Source: Parcubacteria group bacterium M6-OD1-1 (lineage in GTDB: Bacteria; Patescibacteriota; Minisyncoccia; GWC2-36-17; M10-OD1-4). Taken from it: a DNA stretch of 64,000 nucleotides. The first letter of the stretch is position 1; each line of letters starts with the position of its first letter. The stretch covers positions 42,485 through 106,484 of the forward strand of contig LSNK01000002.1 of assembly GCA_003056085.1 (NCBI GenBank), written 5' to 3'. The notes under the pieces were generated by a model. It did not search any database and was not told where the DNA came from. It saw nothing but the letters and a program-made list of their open reading frames with translations. Below, piece after piece: positions 40,645 to 49,268 of this stretch. Both the position numbers and the translations under genes were made by a program.

Positions 40645-40677
40645 TTACCTCCCATAGGTGTCACCTATGGGAGGTAA
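40645..40677. repeat. REP-like palindrome family B, copy 2
   Basis: TTACC-TCCCATAGGTG-T-CACCTATGGGA-GGTAA. Confidence 0.93.
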
Positions 40678-40691
40678 AGGAAAATTTTATT

Positions 40692-42809
40692 TTATTCTAT
40701 TTTGAAATTTCCGTTCAAAAACCTGCCTTTCTCAATCTCCTTTATAAACAATGGTCCGTCAGACTTAAAATCAGGGTTATTTTCCATTATTTTCTTTATT
40801 ATTGTTATTGCTTTATCATTCTCCCCCATACTTGCCAATTCAACCGCAATAGTAATTTGTTTTTTTAAATCTATACCGCCTCTTTCAAAAATCTTTTCTA
40901 AAAGCTCAATTGACGCCTTAGTATCTCCTATTTTTCTGTAACTTGACGCCAAAACAATACTTATATCAGGATCATAATACAAATCCATAGCTTGTTTTAA
41001 TTCACTAAGCGCCTCTTCATTTTTTCCTAAAAGAGCCTTCACCCGATATTTTTGAAGGTGTAGTGTTGGTTTGTTTTTAGCGAGTGGAGTAATCTTATCT
41101 AAAGCTGCGTCTATTTCTTTTAGAAGCTCCTTGTTCTCTCCGTCTATAAATGCCGCATTAGTAAAGTATGAATAATACCTAAAATTTTTCGGCTCTTCGG
41201 AAATCGCCTCTCTTGCCCTCTCTATAGTTTTTTTTGCAAATCTTGTTTTTGCGTCACCTGATATATTCTCATTACGCGAAAGATTTATAGCGTAATCCAT
41301 CATTCTTGAGCTTATTTCAGGCTTCCCCTGTAATGCAAAATCAAATGCCTTTTTAAAATTCTTAAGAGCATCATCAGAATAATTAGGAGATGTAATTATA
41401 GCATTAGTTATGTAGTGAGCAGCCATAGCCGGCTTAATATTAAAAAAATAAACAACAGCTATAAGCGTAATCAGTAAAACCCCAAAAGAGGCGGGGTTGA
41501 TGCCGGACTTATTACCGGTATACGTGCTTTTTTCTCCTGTTGATAAAAATCCAACAAATGCCAATAAAATAAAAAATGGCAAATACGTAGCAAGCGCATC
41601 AAATACAAAAAGATTTTGAAGAAAATAAGCCAATATTAATGCCATAAAGATACGACTGACAATAAAGTTTTCTTCTTCTAATTTTCCATAACAAAAAAGC
41701 AAATAAATAACAACTCCCAAAAGAAATAAATAACTTAAAAGCCCAAATGCTCCGGCAGAAATTAAATTATCAAATATTATATTATGCGCATGATCAAACC
41801 ATTCTTCTGCAGGATATAGTCCCGGATCATAATATTTATCAAAAACCAAGTTGTAGTTTTCAGGCCCCCACCCCAACAAAGGACGCTCCAAAAAACCATT
41901 CCAACTCACTCCTGCCGCCAAGATTCTTGTTTTTGTCGTTGTGTCATTAAGCGATATAGAACCTATTCTTTTTAAAGGATCTAAAAGAATATCTTTATTA
42001 ACAAAAAATAAAATAATAATTATTGCAAAAAATCCAAAAATCCAAGCCAATCCTTTATTACTCTTAATGTTTGAAAATTTTATATTCTTCCTATTATGCA
42101 AAAGCCAAGCACCGGCTAAAAATAAAAATGCGAAAAAAGCCCCTAAAATAGCTCCTCTGGTTTCACTTAAATAAATACCTAAAATACCAATAATAAATGA
42201 AAATTTATAAAAATAATTAAAAAATTTACTTCCTCTGTCAATAAACATTAAAGCCATTGCGAAAAAGGTGTTAAATATCATATAAGCGGCAAAAAAAGCG
42301 GCGTTTCCTATAGTTGAGTCTATTCTGTTTGTCCCTTCATTATACAAGGAAGAAATACCAAGCTTTTGTCCAAATCCATAAAGCCCTACAATAACACCAG
42401 CAAATAAAAATACTCTGAAAAGCTTTATCCAGTCTTTTTTATTTGTAAATACAGCTCTGAGTATAAAAAATAAAACAACAAAATGCGCTAAATTAAAAAC
42501 CCCGAGCATCCTTTCAAATGTTCCAAAAAAACTTCTAAAAACATTCTCTCCAAAAATCCCTGCTATTAAATAAACCCCGAAAAAAAGCAAAACTGATTTT
42601 GCCAAAATATCCATTTTTGGTAAATATGATTTGTTGGATATCACTAATAAAATATAAAAAAACAAAGCCACTTCTATCAAAACTTGAAAAAAGATAGCTT
42701 TTGGAACTATAAATGGAAAAAAGAAATAATTAACTATAAGAATTGGAGCAAAAAATGAGGCAAATATTAATCCTTTTATTATTTTTAAATTTAAGACTTC
42801 TCCTATCAT
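40692..42809 (-). CDS. O-antigen ligase-like protein with TPR tail (tandem paralog)
   Basis: Same motifs as 38527-40614, with shared blocks FRSFFGTFERMLG and FDKYYDP. Confidence 0.88.
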   Translation of the reverse strand: MIGEVLNLKIIKGLIFASFFAPILIVNYFFFPFIVPKAIFFQVLIEVALFFYILLVISNKSYLPKMDILAKSVLLFFGVYLIAGIFGENVFRSFFGTFERMLGVFNLAHFVVLFFILRAVFTNKKDWIKLFRVFLFAGVIVGLYGFGQKLGISSLYNEGTNRIDSTIGNAAFFAAYMIFNTFFAMALMFIDRGSKFFNYFYKFSFIIGILGIYLSETRGAILGAFFAFLFLAGAWLLHNRKNIKFSNIKSNKGLAWIFGFFAIIIILFFVNKDILLDPLKRIGSISLNDTTTKTRILAAGVSWNGFLERPLLGWGPENYNLVFDKYYDPGLYPAEEWFDHAHNIIFDNLISAGAFGLLSYLFLLGVVIYLLFCYGKLEEENFIVSRIFMALILAYFLQNLFVFDALATYLPFFILLAFVGFLSTGEKSTYTGNKSGINPASFGVLLITLIAVVYFFNIKPAMAAHYITNAIITSPNYSDDALKNFKKAFDFALQGKPEISSRMMDYAINLSRNENISGDAKTRFAKKTIERAREAISEEPKNFRYYSYFTNAAFIDGENKELLKEIDAALDKITPLAKNKPTLHLQKYRVKALLGKNEEALSELKQAMDLYYDPDISIVLASSYRKIGDTKASIELLEKIFERGGIDLKKQITIAVELASMGENDKAITIIKKIMENNPDFKSDGPLFIKEIEKGRFLNGNFKIE

Positions 42810-42908
42810 TTTATTTTAAAATTAAGTTAAACAATCCAACAAAGTTAGGTTGGATGAAAAAAATTTCTATTTATTAGTTAATTATACATCAAATATTTAG
42901 AATATCAA

Positions 42909-43613
42909 TTAATCTATCCCATAGGTGACACCTATGGGATCTTTGGAATAATTAATCCAAAAGTTTACAAAGTCATCAAATTCATTCTTATTATTGAAAT
43001 AATCAGGAAAAACCTCTTTATTTATAATCTTGCCTTCTGTCCTGTGTTTGTCTGTATAATCAGGATAGCTGGACCAAGAATATTCGTCTAAATATTTTCT
43101 TATTTGGCTTTGGTTAGAAGAATTTTTTAACTTATTTTTCCAATCAATATCCATTATTTTAACCGGATTAAGATGTATATAAGCAAATAAATATTTAAGA
43201 TACTCATCATTGTCCACATGAGATGACTTAAACGCTCCTTCAAAAAGACTTCCGACTCTCTTGTTCTTTTTATTAAAATACATTGAATAAGCAGTGAGTA
43301 TTTTTTTCATAAATAAACTTATTCCACCATCAATTTTCTCTTTAATAAGCAAATGAAAATGATTTGACATAAGACAATACGCGCCTACATCAACAATCGT
43401 ATCACCTCTATTAAATTTAAAAACATCAGAGACAGCAAATCCATTCATAAATAAATCTCTTATCGTTATGTTTTTTGTGGTATTACAAAGATACAATAAA
43501 CAAATAAACCTAAAATGATCTTTAGGCTCCATAAAAATAATTCGCTTATCTACTCCCCTGTTGTAAATATGATAATACTCACCTGGAGCAAATGATACTT
43601 TTCTGTTTCCCAT
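42909..43613 (-). mobile_element. REP-associated-type tyrosine (HUH/Y1) transposase 2
   Basis: GEYYHIYNRGVDKR.IF, YCLMSNHFHLL, YFNKK..RVGSLFEG.FK, YIHLNP and YSWSSY motifs. Confidence 0.93.
42916..42940. repeat. REP-like palindrome family B, copy 3, within the 3' end of transposase 2
   Basis: ATCCCATAGGTG-A-CACCTATGGGAT; encodes PIGVTYGI. Confidence 0.93.
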
Positions 43614-43644
43614 AGCCTAAATTATACCATAATTCTCAATTCTA

Positions 43645-43661
43645 CATAGGTGACACCTATG
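43645..43661. repeat. REP-like palindrome family B, copy 4 (short)
   Basis: CATAGGTG-A-CACCTATG(GGA) upstream of transposase 2. Confidence 0.88.
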
Positions 43662-43690
43662 GGATGATGTTTGTGTTGTGTGTACACACA

Positions 43691-43728
43691 CAAAAACCCC
43701 GATCTTATAAAAAGAATCGGGGTTTTTG
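43691..43728 (-). terminator. Intrinsic terminator of the S-layer-like gene
   Basis: CAAAAACCCCGAT...ATCGGGGTTTTTG. Confidence 0.72.
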
Positions 43729-43800
43729 CTTGCCTATTTTAAAGGCTTAGTCCCTACCTAACTTATAACTTAAAGTTAGGAAAGTACAAGACGGTTAGAC

Positions 43801-46800
43801 TTAGTCAAGTGAGTAAGAATCCGTTGGAATTCCTACAACCTTGTAATCGTTAAACCAGTCTGTAGTAGTTAGACTATGACTTGATGCAGATTTATCAGAC
43901 CAAATAAATGATCCTCCAGCACCTGCCAAACCTGACGTATATGCTGCTGCATTACTATGTGATGTACTTCTGTTTGAAATTGAAGTTTGTACATACGCAC
44001 TTGAGTCGATAGTACCACCGACAGTTGCCTTCAAGCTATAGGTCTTTGAGCCACCTGCTCCAATTTCCTGAGCACTTGTAGGAACTACCCTAATTGTACT
44101 TGTTGCATACTGTATTGTTGCTGTATCCGTAGGAACTAAAGTTGTTCCTTCGTAAAGCGCAATACTACTCAATGTAAGAGCGGTAGAAGTACTGTAGTTA
44201 AACAATATTTCTTTCCATGCGACAGTACCATTTGTGTCTGCAGATACTATGAACTTACCGATTGTCTGTGTTCCAGAACCAACCTGTAGTCCTGTTGAGA
44301 CATCTGCAGTAACCGTAGGAACTGTTTTAACAACATATTGAGCATTTCCTGAAACTGCAGGATATGCTGTTGTTGATGAACCAGTTCCATCTGATACTTT
44401 ATAACTGTTTAATGTAACTTTTACATTTAAATCAGTTGTTGCTGCTCCTACACCAACATCCGCCAATTGAAGATATACATCAACAACCTTGTCTTGATTT
44501 GCAGGAACTGAGAAACCAATTCCAGTTGATGTTGTTGCGTAGAAACCGTTAAACGGTTGCGTAGCAAGCGTTTTTCCAGAAGTATCCTTGAAGATTACAT
44601 TTTGAATTACATTTTGCGAACCTGATGCGACAGATGCTCCAAGTTGATCGATTGTGTAGTTTTGATTTGTTGAAGTAAATTTGAATGCTCCAACTTTAAC
44701 AGTATTATTTGCAACGTTAAGCGCAATAGCAGGCTTTGAAGCGTCCGCTGCAACAGCGAATGTTCCTGTTCCTATTGTCATTGTTTGTCCTACTGTTGCT
44801 CCAGCTGTTACAGATTGCCCTGAACTAACAGTTGTTCCGGCAAATGTTAAGCTTGGAATTACACTTTCTCCAGAAGTTATATCAGAAGAAAGATCGGCAT
44901 ATACTGCAACATTTATAGTTGTATTTGCAGAAAGCGTCTTACTTATAGACCATGACTGTGAATTTGCGCCTGATGCTTTTACAGAAGTTGTGTCTGGTCC
45001 GTACACAACATACAAATTAGTTATGTCTGTTGAAGTAGCGGAGAAACCTGTACCATTGTTATTCAATGTAAGAGTAATGGTATTAAGTGTTACATCTTCT
45101 GTGTCATCGGCTGTTAGTCTAAATTCACCAATCTTGTAAGCTGTCTGAGGAACAACTACTGTCTGTCCTGCATATGCTGTGTACTTAGCAAGACTCATTG
45201 AGCCTGAAACAACGGTTACAGTATTTGCAGTTGCTGCTGCAGAGCTTATATATCCAAGGGAAGATACTTGCTGAACATTTGAAGATCCTACCACAAGTGA
45301 AACCTGAAGAGTTTCATTTGCAACAAGACCATTTATTCCATCATCATCAAAGACGTCAGCCCTCACCTCAAGAGTTACAGGAGAACCAGGATTAACTATA
45401 AGAGATGAACCAAATGAATATTTAGTTCCAGCTGCAGCACCTTCTAAAGAAGCTGTGCTTCCAACCTGAACTCCATTTGCAAATAATGCTCCATTTCTAA
45501 GTGTCATTGTTGTACTTGCTGAACCATCATTTGTAACAGTTGCATACAAGTTTTCAATCTTCATAGATTCTCCAGCTGCTTTAAGTTCAAATTTAGCTAA
45601 AGTAACACCTGTTGCATTAAGAGTAACATCACCTGAAGGTGAGTCTGATGTTTTTGTTATTGTAAGAGTTCCTGAAGAAATACTCTGTGTCCCAGATGAA
45701 CGAGCACTGAATGTTGTGCTATTTGCCTGCGCAAGAATATTTGCTCCGTAGTCTTTGTCTACAACATCAACATCGGCTGTTTGTCTAAGTGAGAACAAGA
45801 AATTTCTACTTGAACCTCCTACGACATCACCAACCATTTTTATGGTTCTATTTCCTGTTTTAAGTTCAATAGGACTTGTTGATAAATCAAATGTCACATA
45901 TCCGTTAGCATCTAACTGTGCTACTGTATTTCCAACTTTTACTCCGTCAACAAAAAGCTCAAAATTAGCAAGGTCAGCAGTTTGTACAGACCCTATCATT
46001 CTAAGTCTGAATGATTTTAACATTGCGCTTCTTGTTCCGATAGCTACAGTATTTTTCCACATTATAAAATCATCTTGTGGTTGAAGACTTGTATTTGTTG
46101 CTGGTGTTGTTGTTGTGTTGAAACTAACTGAAGCAAGCGTAGCTGTTGCTACTGTATGCAAGTTTCCTGAAACTGGAAATGTTCCTGAAATTGCAGCGTC
46201 AGATGCAACGCCAGCAAGTGCTACTCCAACTGTCTGTCCTGATGTTCCTGTTGCGATGTCTGATTTAACAGTGATTGTTACACTTGAATTTGCAGGTACT
46301 GTTAAGATTCCTGCGCTATTTACAAAAGTAATAACACCTGAAGAAACAGTTGCGGAATCAGTTAATCTACTTATTCCATCAAACAAATAAACATTACTTA
46401 ATGTTGTATCTGCTGATACACCTATTCTATTAAGTGTTACTTTTGTAACTTTAGCATCTGTTGCTGTAGAATTTGTTAAAGTAAAGTGCGCAAGATCAGC
46501 TATTGACTGCCCTGCAATAAGAGTTCCTGAAGCTGGATTGTCGGATGCTAATGATACTGAAACCTCTGCGACAACTGGAGGTGTTGGAGTTGTTGTTACT
46601 ACTCCATAAACAGATCCTGTTGCGTAATAGTTAACTTCTCTTTCATTAACTGTAAAGATTTGGTCCCAGCTGTAACCTCTTGAATTGAAAGCTTCTACGC
46701 TCGCAATGTGATGTTTAACAGCTGATGATCCTTGTTCCTCAAGAGAGTAAACTCTTGGGTCAACGTCTGCCTTATAAAGGTCAGATGTTTCGTACGCGTC

Positions 46801-47109
46801 AACTGTTGACTGAGGAACGATTTTGATGTCACTCCAATTTAAGTGACCGTACATATTAAATACTTCCGGGTTGAAGATATGTCTCTTCCATCCCGCATAA
46901 GAACCGTGAGCTTTATCATTTATAATGTAAACCTCAGGTGCGTCAGCAGTCTTTATAAGACTACCCTCCGACAAATCTGAAGCTGCGTTTGCTGATATTA
47001 CAGGCATAAGCGCTGCAAGACCGGACAAAACAACTGTTGTTGCCAAAGTTAAAGCTATCGCAAGAAATTGCTTGAATTTCTCGTTAGCTCCACTTGATAA
47101 TGAATTCAT
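43801..47109 (-). CDS. Large T/S/A/V-rich beta-strand surface protein (S-layer-like)
   Basis: Signal peptide; VSVSLASDNPASGTL; beta-rich low-charge composition with no Cys; dedicated promoter and terminator. Confidence 0.7.
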   Translation of the reverse strand: MNSLSSGANEKFKQFLAIALTLATTVVLSGLAALMPVISANAASDLSEGSLIKTADAPEVYIINDKAHGSYAGWKRHIFNPEVFNMYGHLNWSDIKIVPQSTVDAYETSDLYKADVDPRVYSLEEQGSSAVKHHIASVEAFNSRGYSWDQIFTVNEREVNYYATGSVYGVVTTTPTPPVVAEVSVSLASDNPASGTLIAGQSIADLAHFTLTNSTATDAKVTKVTLNRIGVSADTTLSNVYLFDGISRLTDSATVSSGVITFVNSAGILTVPANSSVTITVKSDIATGTSGQTVGVALAGVASDAAISGTFPVSGNLHTVATATLASVSFNTTTTPATNTSLQPQDDFIMWKNTVAIGTRSAMLKSFRLRMIGSVQTADLANFELFVDGVKVGNTVAQLDANGYVTFDLSTSPIELKTGNRTIKMVGDVVGGSSRNFLFSLRQTADVDVVDKDYGANILAQANSTTFSARSSGTQSISSGTLTITKTSDSPSGDVTLNATGVTLAKFELKAAGESMKIENLYATVTNDGSASTTMTLRNGALFANGVQVGSTASLEGAAAGTKYSFGSSLIVNPGSPVTLEVRADVFDDDGINGLVANETLQVSLVVGSSNVQQVSSLGYISSAAATANTVTVVSGSMSLAKYTAYAGQTVVVPQTAYKIGEFRLTADDTEDVTLNTITLTLNNNGTGFSATSTDITNLYVVYGPDTTSVKASGANSQSWSISKTLSANTTINVAVYADLSSDITSGESVIPSLTFAGTTVSSGQSVTAGATVGQTMTIGTGTFAVAADASKPAIALNVANNTVKVGAFKFTSTNQNYTIDQLGASVASGSQNVIQNVIFKDTSGKTLATQPFNGFYATTSTGIGFSVPANQDKVVDVYLQLADVGVGAATTDLNVKVTLNSYKVSDGTGSSTTAYPAVSGNAQYVVKTVPTVTADVSTGLQVGSGTQTIGKFIVSADTNGTVAWKEILFNYSTSTALTLSSIALYEGTTLVPTDTATIQYATSTIRVVPTSAQEIGAGGSKTYSLKATVGGTIDSSAYVQTSISNRSTSHSNAAAYTSGLAGAGGSFIWSDKSASSHSLTTTDWFNDYKVVGIPTDSYSLD

Positions 47110-47581
47110 ATTAATTTTCCTTAAATCGCAAACCTATCTGCCTTGCGGTAGATAAATTTACTTGAATTTAAGATTACTAAGCAATACTAAATAATTAAAA
47201 TATTCTCTCAATACAAACATGAATATAGAATCGAGTTGCCCCTTTCAAAAAAGAGGATCGACCTAACTCCGTTATTCACACGATTAGACTTAAAGTTTTT
47301 AGTTAGCCTCGCTAAGCCAATAAGGAAATTAAAGAAATTAATACTATTTCCTTATTAAAAATAGTATTTCCCTTTAAAAACTACTACCTGATACAGAAAC
47401 TTCAGCAATTTTAGTAAGGAGTTGTTATTAAGTTTTCAATGTTCTTTCTGAAACTACCTTATGAAACCTAACCGCCACTTTTTGAACCACTTTTTATTCA
47501 GTTCAAAAACTAACGACTAAAGATCTAAATTAACTTAAAAATAAGGATATCGACAAAACACTATAAAATTTCTTATAAGAC

Positions 47582-47610
47582 ATTCTAACACTTTTTTTAA
47601 AGTATATCAA
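47582..47610 (-). promoter_or_regulatory. Sigma70-type promoter for the S-layer-like gene
   Basis: Minus strand TTGATA-17 bp-TAGAAT with extended TG. Confidence 0.6.
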
Positions 47611-47825
47611 TAGCTTAAATGGTTTTACGCGACACAACAACCAAGCTATTTAAAATAATTATATCAAAAAAAAGCGTTACAATCAACATAATATTTAAAA
47701 AATCAAATTGTAAAAAATAAATTAATTTAAGATACTAAAATATCAAATAAAATCCCTATAAACAAAAGGCTTTTTAAAAGATTACTTAACACGCTTCAAA
47801 ATAAACTTTTAATTCCTTTACACTT

Positions 47826-47896
47826 TGTGGATAACTTTATTTAAAAAAATAATTTAATAAATTTTAATATAAAAAATAAAATAAAAGTTATTCACA
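47826..47896. promoter_or_regulatory. Pair of DnaA-box-like sites
   Basis: TGTGGATAA (47826-47834) and TTATTCACA (47888-47896); a third TTATTCACA at 47272-47280. Confidence 0.5.
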
Positions 47897-48143
47897 GTAC
47901 ATATATTAACTTTAAACTAAATTTAAAATAAAAAAATAAAGAGCTTAAAATAGATAATTAATTTTATAATTTGAATTTTTATTTTGTTTTTTAAAATACA
48001 AAAACTTCAAAAAAATCAACGAATGGCAACTGAAATATTAAGGTGAAAATACCGAAGTTAAAACTTAAAAATTAAGGCTGAATATTTTTTAAAATAACGG
48101 ATTTATCTGCATCTTTTAATCGGCAAACATCAATTTATAGGAA

Positions 48144-48206
48144 ATTTCCTTATTATTTCCCTATCAATATTTAATTTCCTTATTATTTCCCTATTATTTC
48201 CTTATT
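48144..48206. repeat. 11-bp tandem repeat ATTTCCYTATT (2+3 units)
   Basis: Units start at 48144, 48155, 48174, 48185 and 48196. Confidence 0.85.
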
Positions 48207-48253
48207 ATTTTTTAATTTTTCCTAAAAGTTCAACACAGAAAGAATTTAAATTA

Positions 48254-48961
48254 TCATTGAGGCAAATAATAAAAACTTCCTTGCCCTTTTCCGTTTGATC
48301 TTAGAACCACCCCCATATTACATAAACCTTTAAGATCATTTCTTATCGTTCTGTCCGTATAATTTGGGAAAAGCTTCTTTACATCTTTTAGTCTTATTTT
48401 TTCATTTTTTCCTTCTTTGAAAAAATTAATTATCACTTCTTGTCTTTCGTTTATCTTGGTATTTGGTTTTGAATTTTCAAATTTAAAAGTTTTTGGATAG
48501 TTGTTCTTGTTTGTATTTGCACTGCTCTTTTCCTGATGAGGACTGTCGTGGCTTTTTTTTATTTTATCAATCTTAGTCTTTACATCTTTTTCTATAACCT
48601 CCCTCTTGCTTTCGTCGCCTATTTGACTTATTTGGCTTATTTCTAACTTTGATGATATATAAAATTTTATTTTTTTATATTCATTTTTTAAAATTAAAAA
48701 GTTTATTTCTCTTATGTTGCTTGTTTTTTGAGCTAAAGAAAGCAAAGCAATCAACGAGTCAATTGATTTGGTCATACTTTCGTCATAATTATTTTCTGAA
48801 ATATATGCAGTATATTTTGTCAGTATGTCACTTGAGAGATCTTTTATTTTATTTTTCAATAAATTACTCTCCAAAGAAACATCAACAACTTTCCAAACGG
48901 CATGCGTCAGATCTAATGCTTTTTGCCATTTTGAGTTTTCCTCAAAATCAAAGTTATACAT
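48254..48961 (-). CDS. Four-helix-bundle-like domain fused to a DeoR-type winged HTH
   Basis: N-terminal KWQKALDLTHAVWKV...INFLILKNEY; C-terminal NERQEVII...YTDRTIRNDLKGL...G. Confidence 0.7.
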   Translation of the reverse strand: MYNFDFEENSKWQKALDLTHAVWKVVDVSLESNLLKNKIKDLSSDILTKYTAYISENNYDESMTKSIDSLIALLSLAQKTSNIREINFLILKNEYKKIKFYISSKLEISQISQIGDESKREVIEKDVKTKIDKIKKSHDSPHQEKSSANTNKNNYPKTFKFENSKPNTKINERQEVIINFFKEGKNEKIRLKDVKKLFPNYTDRTIRNDLKGLCNMGVVLRSNGKGQGSFYYLPQ

Positions 48962-49158
48962 TTTCTGATTTATAATTAATTTGAATTACTAAATGAAAAA
49001 TATTTCAATTATAATAAATTTAAATTAATTACTTTTAAATTAGAGATTAATTTTTAGGGAAATTATATATATTTAGATTTTCCCTATTCAATAAACAAAT
49101 CAAAAACTATTTCCTAATTCTTAAAGTATTGGGAAGTATAGATTATTTATAAGGAAAA

Positions 49159-49198
49159 ATCAATACCCCTCACTTGCGTGCAAGTGAGGGGTATTGAT
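49159..49198. repeat. Perfect palindrome (19-bp arms)
   Basis: ATCAATACCCCTCACTTGC-GT-GCAAGTGAGGGGTATTGAT. Confidence 0.85.
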
Positions 49199-49268
49199 AA
49201 GGAAATTTAATTAGGAAATGAAGTATTTTATCTTTATTTCTTTGAATCTTCTATTTTTTATTTAAAAT

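Noticed and set aside
28528-43661. CRISPR array or classical integron attC sites
   Set aside because: Repeats are hundreds of bp to kb apart with no regular spacers, no cas genes, no IntI integrase and no RYYYAAC/GTTRRRY attC structure.
47610-48253. Replication origin (very AT-rich gap, DnaA boxes, iteron-like repeats)
   Set aside because: Gene orientation stays minus-strand on both sides, dnaA/dnaN are not nearby, and single DnaA-like boxes occur elsewhere (e.g. 472-480). A regulatory role is more likely.
48254-48961. Diversity-generating retroelement (Avd-like protein)
   Set aside because: No reverse transcriptase and no TR/VR pair were seen.
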